Both the position numbers and the translations under genes were made by a program. This document shows, one piece after another, positions 37,772 through 49,500 of a stretch of 64,000 bases of DNA. Within the stretch, counting starts at the first letter, position 1, and each line of letters begins with the position of its first letter. The DNA comes from Octopus sinensis (taxonomy: Eukaryota), in NCBI RefSeq assembly GCF_006345805.1, contig NC_043010.1, positions 2,294,001-2,358,000 of the forward strand, given 5' to 3'. A model generated the notes under the pieces. It searched no databases. It saw only the letters and a list, made by a program, of their open reading frames with translations, and was not told where the DNA came from.

Positions 37772-39445
37772 GGTGGTGGTGGTGGTGACGAGTGAAGGCG
37801 TTTAGGCTGGAGTTGACAGAGGAGGTAGTACCGGTGGTGGTGGTGGTGGTGACGAGTGAAGGCGTTTAGGCTGGAGTTGACAGAGGAGGTAGTACCGGTG
37901 GTGGTGGTGGTGGTGACGATGAAGGCGTTTAGGCTGGAGTTGACAGAGGAGGTAGTACCGGTGGTGGTGGTGGTGTTGACGAGTGAAGGCGTTTAGGCTG
38001 GAGTTGACACAGAGGAGGTAGTACCGGTGGTGGTGGTGGTGGTGACGAGTGAAGGCGTTTAGGCTGGAGTTGACAGAGGAGGTAGTACCGGTGTGGTGGT
38101 GGTGGTGGTGGTGACGAGTGAAGGCGTTTAGGCTGGAGTTGACAGAGGAGGTAGTACCGGTGGTGGTGGTGGTGGTGACGAGTGAAGGCGTTTAGGCTGG
38201 AGTTGACAGAGGAGGTAGTACCGGTGGGGTGTGGTGGTGACGAGTGAAGGCGTTTAGGCTGGAGTTGACAGAGGAGGTAGTACCGGTGGTGGTGGTGTGG
38301 TGACGAGTGAAGGCGTTTAGGCTGGAGTTGACAGAGGAGGTAGTACCGGTGGTGGTGGTGGTGGGGTGACGAGTGAAGGCGTTTAGGCTGGAGTTGACAG
38401 AGGAGGTAGTACCGGTGGTGGTGGTGGTGGTGGTGACGAGTGAAGGCGTTTAGGCTGGAGTTGACAGAGGAGGTAGTACCGGTGGTGGTGGTGGTGGTGA
38501 CGAGTGAAGGCGTTTAGGCTGGAGTTGACAGAGGAGGTAGTACCGGTGGTGGTGGTGGTGGTGACGAGTGAAGGCGTTTAGGCTGGAGTTGACAGAGGAG
38601 GTAGTACCGGTGGTGGTGGTGGTGGTGACGAGTGAAGGCGTTTAGGCTGGAGTTGACAGAGGAGGTAGTACCGGTGTGGTGGTGGTGGTGGTGACGAGTG
38701 AAGGCGTTTAGGCTGGAGTTGACAGAGGAGGTAGTACCGGTGGTGGTGGTGTGGTGACGAGTGAAGGCGTTTAGGCTGGAGTTGACAGAGGAGGTAGTAC
38801 CGGTGGTGGTGGTGGTGGTGACGAGTGAAGGCGTTTAGGCTGGAGTTGACAGAGGAGGTAGTACCGGTGGTGGTGGTGGTGGTGACGAGTGAAGGCGTTT
38901 AGGCTGGAGTTGACAGAGGAGGTAGTACCGGTGGTGGTGGTGGTGGTGACGAGTGAAGGCGTTTAGGCTGGAGTTGACAGAGGAGGTAGTACCGGTGGTG
39001 GTGGTGGTGGTGACGAGTGAAGGCGTTTAGGCTGGAGTTGACAGAGGAGGTAGTACCGGTGGTGGTGGTGGTGGTGACGAGTGAAGGCGTTTAGGCTGGA
39101 GTTGACAGAGGAGGTAGTACCGGTGGGGTGTGGTGGTGGTGGTGACGAGTGAAGGCGTTTAGGCTGGAGTTGACAGAGGAGGTAGTACCGGTGGTGGTGG
39201 TGGTGGTGACGAGTGAAGGCGTTTAGGCTGGAGTTGACAGAGGAGGTAGTACCGGTGGTGGTGGTGGTGTGACGAGTGAAGGCGTTTAGGCTGGAGTTGA
39301 CAGAGGAGGTAGTACCGGTGGTGGTGGTGGTGGTGACGAGTGAAGGCGTTTAGGCTGGAGTTGACAGAGGAGGTAGTACCGGTGGTGGTGGTGGTGGTGA
39401 CGAGTGAAGGCGTTTAGGCTGGAGTTGACAGAGGAGGTAGTACCG
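37772..39445. repeat. Minisatellite, 26 near-identical ~64-bp units
   Basis: Unit = (GGT)5-7 + GACGAGTGAAGGCGTTTAGGCTGGAGTTGACAGAGGAGGTAGTACC; counted 26 copies. Confidence 0.97.
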
Positions 39446-39801
39446 GTGGTGGTGGTGGCGGTGGTGGTGGTGGTGGTGGCGGAGTTGGCGGTCGTGGTGG
39501 TGGTGGAAAGTGGGTGAGAGTGGGGAATTGGTGGAACCACCACCGAGTTTCTAAGAATTAATCTTTGCAGGACTGCTTTGGCAGTGATGATGAAAGAAAG
39601 CATTAAGCTCGTTATTTCATTAAATATCTTGTCATCAAGCAGAAAAGGTTATCCTTCTATCTTTCTCAGCCTCCATACATCATCTATCTATTATCTATTG
39701 ATCTACATCTGCATTCATATATATATATTATATATTATATATACATATACACACACTCATGAGAATGTATGTTTACCCAATATATATATTATATATAATA
39801 T

Positions 39802-39836
<35 letters not shown>

Positions 39837-40184
39837 GATATATGTCATATATATATATATACGATATATGTTATATATATATATATGTCATATATATATA
39901 TATATACATGATATATGTTATATATATATATATGATATATATATATATGATATATATACATCATGTGTATTACACACACACATATATATATTATATATAC
40001 ATATACACACACTCTTAAGAATGTATGTTTACTCAGTATATATATTATATATATATGTATGTATGTATGTATATATATATCATATGCATTGTATGTATGT
40101 GTGTGTGAACACAGTTTCTTTTTTTCTTTTCGTAGCTTTGTTATCTATCTACCATCTATGTATTTATTTATCTCTGGAGCTCAC

Positions 40185-40197
40185 TGCTCCCTCTCTG

Positions 40198-40241
<44 letters not shown>

Positions 40242-40381
40242 TCCCTCTATCTGCCTATCTCTGTGTCTATCAATTTTATCTCTTCTATTATTTGTCATCA
40301 GAAATAATATTGGTGTCATTGAACAGAAAAAAGGTTACACTGATTCTCTTTCCCCACCTCCCACCACTTGCTATGTGTGAG

Positions 40382-40421
<40 letters not shown>

Positions 40422-40496
40422 AAACCATTTATGTATAATTTCTTTCAATCAGCCCCCCCCCACCACCAGCCTTCTCTATGTGCCTTATTCTATCTT

Positions 40497-40536
<40 letters not shown>

Positions 40537-41340
40537 AAACCATTTATGTATAATTTCTTTCAATCAGCCCCCCCACCACCACCAGCCTTCTCTATGTGCC
40601 TTATTCTCTCTCTCACTCTCTCTCTCTCTCTCTCTCTCTCTTTTCACATTCCTCCTTTGCATTCTGTTGATCTGAGCTTATTTCACTCTTTTCCTTCCTT
40701 ATTCTTGTCCTCCCCTCTCTCCCTCTCCCCCGTCTCTCTCTCTCTCTCCCTCCCTCCCTCTCTGCTTTAAGTATTTGTCCCATTCTCTCCTTCTCTTTCA
40801 CATTTGCTTCATATTTTTCGGAGCTTATTTCACTCTTCCACTTCTTCTTTCTTTCCTCCACTTGTCTCTCTCCTCCTCCCCCTCTCTCTCTCTCTCTCCT
40901 CATCTCCTCTTCCTCCTTCTTTATCTCCTGTCTCTCCTCATCTTCTTTCCCGTCTTACTTCATCTCTTCTCCTCTCCTTTATCTCCTCTCCCTCCCCTCT
41001 CTCATCTCTCCCTCCTCCTCCTCCTCTTTACCTCCTCTTCTCTCTCTCCTCATCTCCTCTTCCTCCTTTATCTCCTGTCTCTCCTCATCTTCTCTCCTGT
41101 CTCTCCTCGTCTTTTCTCTCCTTTTTCTCCTCTCCCTACCCTCTCTCATCTCTCCTTCCTCCTCCTCTTCTTTACCTCCTCTTCTCTCTCTTCTCATCTC
41201 CTCTTCCTCCTTTATCTCCTGTCTCTCCTCGTCTCTCCTCTCCTTTTTCTCCTCTCCCTCCACTCTCTCACCTCTCACTCCTCCTCCTCCTCCTCTCACT
41301 TTCTCCCTCCCTCTCTCTCTCTCTCTCTGAACCCCTCTCA
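40185..41340. repeat. Polypyrimidine (CT-rich) tract with internal duplications
   Basis: (CT)n runs; ~140-bp direct duplication at ~40385-40620; degenerate CT/CCT units repeated through 40860-41300. Confidence 0.9.
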
Positions 41341-41659
41341 TTCATTATTTGTCATCAGAAGAAATAAAGAAAACATGATGGATGTTGATGTTAAAGATGT
41401 GATCAGAAGAGTGCTAGCAATTACAACAATGGCTTTTACAAAGTAAGGATATATGACATTTAAAAATATCTCTGAAAAAAAAAAGACACAAAAAAGACAC
41501 AAAAAAACAACAAAAACAAACAACAAAAACAACAGCAACAAAAGCCAACAACCAAAAACACAACAAAACCTAAACCTAACCAACATTGTTTTATTGCCAT
41601 TGAAATGTGAATCATTCCATTTTGATGTGATCATTTGGAATCCAGCATTTTTCTCGCTT

Positions 41660-41990
41660 CATTGCATTTCGCTTGCGTATGATATGATTGCTGGACAGAG
41701 CTGCGTCGTAGTGACGTTCAGTAGTTGCCCCATCTGGCATATTAAAGTATTAAAACTCCGCCCGCCCATATAATTGGGTAGTAGGTGCGTGCGTGCGTGT
41801 GTGTGTGGTGGGGAGAGCAAGTGAAGGGTAGTGGATAGTGTCATAGTGTTTTAATAAAGGTAGTGTTGGTGGTGGTGGTGGTGGTGGTGTTGGTGGTGGT
41901 GGTAGTAGTGGGGGTGGAAGCTGAAACGAAGTCTGTAAACCATCATCATTTCGTTCGTCTTTATTCACCCGTTCATTCCTTGTGAGTGAG
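41660..41990. promoter_or_regulatory. CpG-retaining, promoter-like patch
   Basis: Locally dense CpGs in non-TE sequence; CCGCCCGCCC (GC-box like), GTGACGT (CRE like), ATTGG (reverse CCAAT), TTCAGT (Inr like); plus-strand donor-like CTT|GTGAGT at 41981/41982. Confidence 0.35.
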
Positions 41991-42079
41991 TAAATCAACT
42001 CCCTTAGTGATTGTGACAGAGCAGGGCTAATAAAGGAGTAAGATGTGTCCCCTTGACAGTTTATAGTACCTAATTTGAA

Positions 42080-42130
42080 GGCAATGAAGATGACAACAAT
42101 GACAAAGATGATGATGATGATGACGATAAC

Positions 42131-42168
<38 letters not shown>

Positions 42169-42487
42169 CGATGATGACGATGAGGATGATAATGATGATG
42201 ATGATGATGATAATGATGATGGTAATGATGATGATGATGATGATGGTGATGGTGATAGTGAGGATGATGGTGTTGGTGATGATGATGATGATGATGCTCA
42301 TGATCATGATGATAGTGGCCATAATTATGTTCATGGTGATGATGGCGACAATTATAATGAAGCTAAAGATTAGGATGTTGATGACAATGATGATGGTGAT
42401 GATGCTGAGAACAACGCAAAGGACAATGACAACAATAATGATGATGGTGATGACAATAATGATGACGATGATGATTATGATGATGTT
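42080..42487. repeat. Degenerate (GAT)n tract
   Basis: Directly visible. Confidence 0.93.
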
Positions 42488-43063
42488 ATCTATTCCCAGG
42501 TGAGCCCTGATCAAAAGCATTTCAGCTTTGATCACCATCTTGCTGGGTTTTTTTTTCAAGAATATATCAAACAGCATTATATATGTATGTGTGAGTGATA
42601 GAGATAATGTAAAACAGTAGGGTGTGATCTGGAGAAAATTCACCTAGCTGCCATTTCTAGCAAGTCGGACAACCACATAGGAACACTATGATAATGAAAC
42701 CCACTCCCAAGAATATTGTACCCAGGGTAGATACTGGCATGGCTCCGTGGTTAGGAATCTCATTTTGCAACCACATAGTTTTGGGTTCAGTCCCACAGCA
42801 TGGCAATTTTGAGCAAATGTCTTTTACTATAGGCTTCAGTTGACCCAATGCCTTGTGATTAAATTTGACTGATGGAAACTATGCTGAAGCCTGTCATATA
42901 TATGTGTGTGAGTGTGTGTGTAAATATCCATGTTAGTTCTGTAATGTTTGACATTCATGTAGGCTTATCTTTTCCTCTTTTACTTGTTTCAGTCATTAGA
43001 CTGCAACCATGCTGGAGCACACCCTTGAAGGAATTTTTAGTCAAATGAATCAACTCCAGGACT

Positions 43064-43436
43064 TATTACCTCCGTCTCAGCGAAGGCAGCAGTATTGTTT
43101 TCAGTCACATTTGTTTGTTTGTTTGTCCATGGACAAGATATCTCAAGAACCGGTGGATGGATTTGGATGAAACTTTCAGGGATGTTTGGCCTCGTGACTG
43201 GTACAAACTGATTAAATTTTGGGGCTGTTTTGGTACTGGACAAGGATTCTGGATTATTTTTCCTGTTCTTTTTACTTAATTTTTGAGAGCAGACAGGTTC
43301 ATTTTTTCTATCCTCGTTTGTGAGAGCAATTGAGTTTATTACAGATATTCTCATTTTAAAATTCCTCTCTGGCTCATCATTGAGAGGACGTTGGTGTTGC
43401 CTTGGTGGATGTTTGCACTCTCTGAGTGTTCTTGTT
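43064..43436 (+). mobile_element. Helentron-associated non-autonomous element (HINE/DINE-like) inside a SINE
   Basis: 5' TTATTACCTCCG..., internal (GTTT)n, 3' GCCTTGGTGGATG plus short hairpin GCACTCTCTGAGTG, T-rich insertion site; splits a family A SINE tail. Confidence 0.7.
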
Positions 43437-44137
43437 TGTTGTGTTTTTAAACCTGGTACTTATTCTATCAGTCTCATCTGCTGAACGACTAAGTTTTGGG
43501 GATGTAAGCACAGTAACACTCGTTGTCAAGCACTGACGAGAAACATCCTCATACACACACACACATACACACTCACACACACACACACACTCACACACAT
43601 ACACACTCACACGCATGACTGATAGGCTTTCTTCAGTTTCCGTCTACCAGATCCACTCACAAAGTTGTTATAGTTGAAGACACTTGCCGAGGATGTCACA
43701 CAGAGGGACTGAACCTGGAACTTTGTGGTTGGGAAGCAAGCATTATACTACACAGCCACACCTGTGCCTGCATTTGTTTATATTCCTTTTGACAAAAAAG
43801 AAAAGTGACCATCAGAATAAGTCCTTTTACTTCAAGTAAGTACTAGGGTCAATTTGATTGACTTAAAAAAATCCTTCAGAGCAGTTCCCTAATAGCCTGG
43901 GGTAGGGGCAGAAAGAAGGAGGGTCTACCACTGAATGACTCTTTTATGGAAGGGATACATTTGGGTTTGCTGCATGTATAAGCCTGTGATAGGCTCGAGG
44001 GTACCAGAAGGGAGTGGACGGATGCAAAGTCAAAAGTTATCCTGGGTGGGACACGCTCAAGGTACACTACCGCAGTGCCCCAGTAGTGTCACAATCCAAT
44101 AACCCAATGATTGAAATAAGTAGAAGAATAAAAGAAT

Positions 44138-44174
<37 letters not shown>

Positions 44175-44289
44175 AACACTTATATAATGTTGTTTAATAG
44201 GTATCCTTCAAAAGACAAGATGGTGACTGTAGCTGGAATACCTTCGACCACATGTTTGCTTAATAAGAGCCGATCTAGGATAAACAACA

Positions 44290-44870
44290 ACATCACTGTC
44301 ATCATCATCATCATCATCTTCCTTGTCATCACTGCCAACATAATTATCATCGTTACCATCCACACCATTACCATCATCAGTGTCATTGTCATTATCTTTA
44401 ACACAATTATCAAACATCATCCTCATTCTCCTCTATCAAACATCATCCTCATCATCACCATATTCATGGTATTATCATTATCATCATAATCTTTAACATC
44501 ATCCCCTTCATCATTGTCATCATCAACACCATCATTATAACCATCATCGTCACCATAATCATCATCAACATTATCATCATCATCATCTCAAACATCATTG
44601 CTACTATCATCATTATTGTCATCATTGACATCTTTAAAATCATAATTATTATCTTCATCATCATCATCATCATAAACAGCATTATCATCACCATCACTAT
44701 CACCATGACCATAATCCTTGTCATGACCATCATTGTCATCATCACCATGACAATAATCATCATTATTGTCATTGCATTCATCATTTCCAATATCATTATC
44801 ATCATTTTCATCTTTGTCATCATCATCAACACTACCACCCCCAGAACCATCATCATCATCATCATTACTA
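44290..44870. repeat. Degenerate (CAT)n tract
   Basis: Directly visible. Confidence 0.93.
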
Positions 44871-45111
44871 TCAAGTTAGGTGATATAATTATCAGGAGAG
44901 TAAATCCTTCTCCTTTGTTACCTCTGCTCTTTTACCTGCTGCACAAGAATTACTGCTATAGCATCACGGAACTTTTGTTTCATCATGTATTAACAAATTA
45001 GAAGATGATTTAGAACTGAATTCTAGATTTTTACCAAAGATAATTTGAAACATTCTGTTCCTTAAATCAACAAAGGAGCCACTAACATTATTGTAATGGT
45101 CCAAGGCAGTG

Positions 45112-45195
45112 AGCAGGCAGGGTCGTAAGCAGGCAGGGTCGTAAGCAGGCAGGGTCGTAAGCAGGCAGGGTCGTAAGCAGGCAGAGTCGTAAGCA
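45112..45195 (+). repeat. 16-bp tandem repeat x5 inside the head of a family B SINE
   Basis: AGCAGGCAGGGTCGTA units; the SINE body continues to ~45370. Confidence 0.9.
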
Positions 45196-46416
45196 CGCCT
45201 AGTGAAATGCTTAGTGTTATTTTGTCTGTCTTCATGGTCTGAGTTCAAATGCCGCTGGGATCGACTTTGCCTTTCATTCTTTCGGGGTCAATAAATTAAG
45301 TACCAGTTACACATTGGTGTCAATCTAATCGACTAGTCTCCTCCCACAAAATTTCAGGCCTTGTGCCCTTTATAAAGGTACAGTGTAATCTCTAGACACA
45401 CTTACTTGCACATGTTTCAGTCATTCAACAGCAATCATGCCAGGGCACTGCCTTAAAGGGTTTAGTCAAACAAATCTACCCCAGTACATATTATTTCAAG
45501 CCCGGTACTTTATTTATGAGTCTCTTTTTGCTGAACCACTAAGTTACAGGGATGCAAAAAACCAACACTAGTTATCAATTAGTAAGTGGGATGGGACAAA
45601 CACAAACACACACACACATACTCATAGATGTATATACATATATATACAACAAGCTTCTTTCAGATTCTGTCTATCAGATCCATTCACAAGGCTTTGGTCA
45701 ACCTGGGGCTGTAATAGAATATACTTGCCCCAGAATCATGGGGGGGTTGGGAAGAAAATTACTTACTCCACAAGTAATACCTGAGTCTATATGTTAAGAT
45801 AATCAAAAAGAAAGTGGTTGTGTAGTAAGAAGCTTGCTTCCCAACCACATGGATCTGAGTTCAGTTCCACTGTGTGGTACTTTGGGCTAGTGTCTTCTAC
45901 TGTTGCTTTGTACTTACCAAAACCTTGTGAGTGGCTTTGGTAGATGGAAACTGTATGTCTGTATGTGTTTTTGTCTGTGTTTGTCCCCCCCACCGCCTCT
46001 TGACAATTGGTGTTAGTGTGTAACTTAGCAATTCATAAAAGAGAACTATACAATAAGTACTCGGCTATAAAATAAACAAGTCTTGGGAGTCAATTTGTTC
46101 AATCAAAACTCTTCAGGGCAGTTTCCCAGATGGCCACAAGATAAAAGATAATAGATGGTTCTGGCTGGAAAGTTCTAGAGCATAGCTACAGAGTTATGCA
46201 TCATCAGAATTGACCTAGGGTTAAACAACAACAACAACAACGGTCGATCTATTTGCTGTGATAAACTGTGAACTTTAACTTCCTTGCCACATGGTACCTA
46301 CTTCCTGCTACTAAGACTGAGCTATTGATAGTTAATGTCTTTGCAGGTGAGTTGACTGAAATATGTCAGTTACAGTATCAGACTGATGTGGATTCCTGGT
46401 GATTCTGAATAGAAAG

Positions 46417-46467
<51 letters not shown>

Positions 46468-46565
46468 CTCTCTCTCTCTCTCTCACACACACACATGCAT
46501 GCATGCATATACATACAAGCATACATACATACATACAAACAAACATATATATAAATATATATTAT

Positions 46566-46617
<52 letters not shown>

Positions 46618-46849
46618 GTAGGTAGGTAGGTAGTAGAGAGAGAGAGAGATATATGCATATATTTAACACATGTATACATACAATAAACACATAAACTTAC
46701 ATATATATACACACACACACACAAACATACATACATATACACATGTATATATAGTTGTGTGTGTGTATGCCTGTTGTATGTGTAGATGTGTTATATACAC
46801 ATTTTATCATCATAAATAGGAAATGGTGTTTGCATAAACGTTGTTATAT

Positions 46850-47610
46850 CCACAATAATATCATGAACAAAGGAGAAGAGAAGCAGATACCTTTGATGGA
46901 GTAAATACTGAACACACAGTATGTAGTGTTTTTGCACCTATCCTTACCTAAGGTCATGAATGTTGTGTAATAAACAAAAGAGTACGATCAAGAACAGAAG
47001 TGGCTGAAATAGGGTTCCTCTGAAGACTCTCTAGAGCAGTGGTTTTCTACCAGGGTTCCGCGGAACCATAGGGTTCTGCCAGTACAGTCCAGGGGTTACG
47101 CAAGAAGTTACAAAACTGCTAAAATCGGCAGTAATTTTTAAGTCTCCTGTGCAGATATGTGTGCATAAGACTATTAAATTATTGCACAGGGGTTCCTCGA
47201 GCCAGTGGAATGTTTCCTTGGGGTTCCGCTCCAGCAAAAAGTTTGAAAAGCACTGCTCTAGAGCAATGCCACTTGACAGAGTGCGTAGCTTGGAGATCAG
47301 AAAGCCTCTCCTGGTTCAGTTGCTACTGGTCTGCATTGAGAGATCACAGCTCCAGTTCTACAGATTTGTAATGAGAATATCAGAGGAAAGAATTTTAAGA
47401 TGGATTGTTGAAGCCAGGCCAACCAACAAGAAACCTAGGGGTAGACCGAGAACAAAACGGTTGGATAATAGTCACGGTTTCAGTGGATTACACCTGAGAA
47501 TTCAGCCAGAAAGCCTACTAATGGTTGATTCAAAGAGGACCCAATGAAGGAGGTGCTTGAGGACTCTAATCTCACAACTCTCCCAGGAATAGTAGGCAGA
47601 GAAGATAGAT
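46850..47610 (+). mobile_element. RTE-clade LINE 3' fragment interrupted by a hAT MITE
   Basis: FAPILT*GHEC...RSRTEVAEIGFL joins DRVRSLEIR...IERSQLQF...KPRGRPRTKRLDN once the MITE is removed. Confidence 0.85.
47037..47255. mobile_element. hAT (Charlie-like) MITE, 219 bp
   Basis: TIRs CAGTGGTTTTC / GAAAAGCACTG; perfect 8-bp TSD CTCTAGAG at 47029-36 and 47256-63. Confidence 0.92.
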
Positions 47611-48389
47611 TTGTGAATGGATGGATAGTGTTATAGTTTCAACTTAAAGTAGTTCCTTACTAACTTTTTGATGACCCCTGTCCTTGAACAATCCCCAGAT
47701 AGGGGTAGCTAGCGAAACTGATATATCTTCTGATTGGTGTTTATCAACATCCTTTGTTGATTTCTGGTTTGATTTGCACAAACGTCTGTGGACCATTGTC
47801 TTGTATACAAGACAACCAGAAGTCAACAATAGGTGCAGTCATGGTAGCTCATAGAAAATATATGTAGGTGATGAGCTGGCAGAAATGTCAGCACACCAGG
47901 TGAAATACTTAGTGGTATTTCATCTGTCTTTACGTTCTGAGTTCAAATTCTACCGAAGTCGACTTTGCCTTTCATCTTTTCGGGATTGATAAATAAAGTA
48001 CCAGTCAGGCAATGGGGTCGATGTAATCGACTTAATCCCTTTGTCTGTCCTTGTTTGTCCTCTCTGTGTTTAGCCCCTTGTGGGCAATAAAGAAATAAGA
48101 AAATATATGTAGGCATGGCTGTCTGGTTAAGAAGCTTGCTTCCCAGCCATGTGCTCTGGAGTTCAGTCCCATCACACAGCACCTCGAGCAAGTATCTGCT
48201 TCTGTAGCCCTTAGCCAACCAAAGTTTTGTAAAACTAAAAGAAGCCTATTGAGAGTGTGTGTGGGTGTGTGTGCTATTGGCTGGACATCATATGATAGTC
48301 GTAAATGATCATCATTGTCCTACAAGGGAAAGTGAGCACCACAGAAATGGTAAATGGCTGACAACTTAAGAAAAAAAAAATAATATCCA

Positions 48390-48830
48390 TCATCATCATC
48401 ATCATCATCGTTTAACGTCCGTTCTCCATGCTAGCAAGGGTTGGACGGTTCGACAGGGGATCTGGGAAGCCAGAAGGCTGCACCAGGCTCCAGTCTTATC
48501 TGGCAGTGTTTCTACAGCTGGATGCCCTTCCTAACGCCAACCACTCCGTGAGTGTAGTGGGTGCTTTTTATGTGCCACCTGCACAGGTGCCAGGCGAGGC
48601 TGGCAACGGCCACGGTCGGATTGGTGTATTTTATGTGCCACCGGCACGGAAGCCAGACGAGGCGGTGCTGGCATTGGCCACGAGTCGGATGGTGTTTTTT
48701 ACGTACCACCAGACCAGGGATCCTGGCTGGTTCAATTCGATTTCGATTTCACTTGCCCCAACATGTCTTCGCAAGCAAGGGGGTTGGCATGGGTGCCTGT
48801 CGTACGGTCAGATTGGTGTAATATACGGCA
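48390..48830 (-). mobile_element. RTE 3'-UTR-type repeat
   Basis: (CAT)n then CGTTTAACGTCCG...GGATGCCCTTCCTAACGCCAACC, matching 55545 onward. Confidence 0.85.
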
Positions 48831-48839
48831 TATAATAAT

Positions 48840-49500
48840 AATATCCAAAGTGGTTTATACGATTGGAAATGTAATTTCAAAGTGTTCATGGAGTCACAGA
48901 GAGGATCTGGTCAAAGGCATTTCAATTATAAAAAAGGAGGAAAAAATATTTCAAAATAAAGTGAGAAATACAAAAATAATCATTATTTTGCATCTTTCTG
49001 TTAGTTTTATTTCATTTTGAAAAAATAAAAATTTATTTTATGGTTTATTATTTTTTATATTTTGAATTATATATATATATAGGGTCACCAAAATCCTCTA
49101 AGTGCTTAGGACCACTATGGGTCTTAAATTGGCCATGACCTTATGTAATGTACTCCTAGATACAGTATACCTAAATGGTTTATGGCACAAAAGAAATCAC
49201 TTTAATCTTGTAGAAATAATATTTGAAGTGGTCTATATCATCGGAAATATAATTTCAAAGTGTTCATGGTGTCACAGCAAGGATCTGATCAAAAACTTTG
49301 CAATTAAGAAAAGGAGAAAACTTCCCAGATATAAATAAAGTGGAAGTAAACAAAAATAAACATTATTTTCTATTTTGCCTGTTAATTTTGATTTATTTTG
49401 AAAAAATAAAAGTTTATTTCATTGTTTATATTTTTAATTACATATACATGAGAGCACAAAAATCATTAACGTGCTTAGGGCCACTATGGATCTTATTCCA
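48840..49500. repeat. Diverged tandem duplication, period ~380 bp
   Basis: AAGTGGTTTATACGATTGGAAATGTAATTTCAAAGTGTTCATGG (~48848) recurs at ~49226; GTGCTTAGGACCACTATGG (~49102) recurs at ~49472. Confidence 0.8.

Noticed and set aside
37772-39445. CRISPR array, telomeric repeat or coding repeat
   Set aside because: No variable spacers; only a single TTAGG per unit; the 64-bp unit shifts frame and hits a stop within three units.
40775-41446. Long Leu/Ser/Pro-rich ORFs and a candidate exon RNKENMMDVDVKDVIRRVLAITTMAFT ending at GTAAGG
   Set aside because: ORFs derive from the CT tract; the putative acceptor motif recurs at ~40290 without a matching exon; no recognisable homology.
42075-42503. 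Poly-Asp exon ending at the 42499 donor
   Set aside because: The Asp frame has an in-frame TAG at ~42370, and the Met frame is a (GAT)n artefact.
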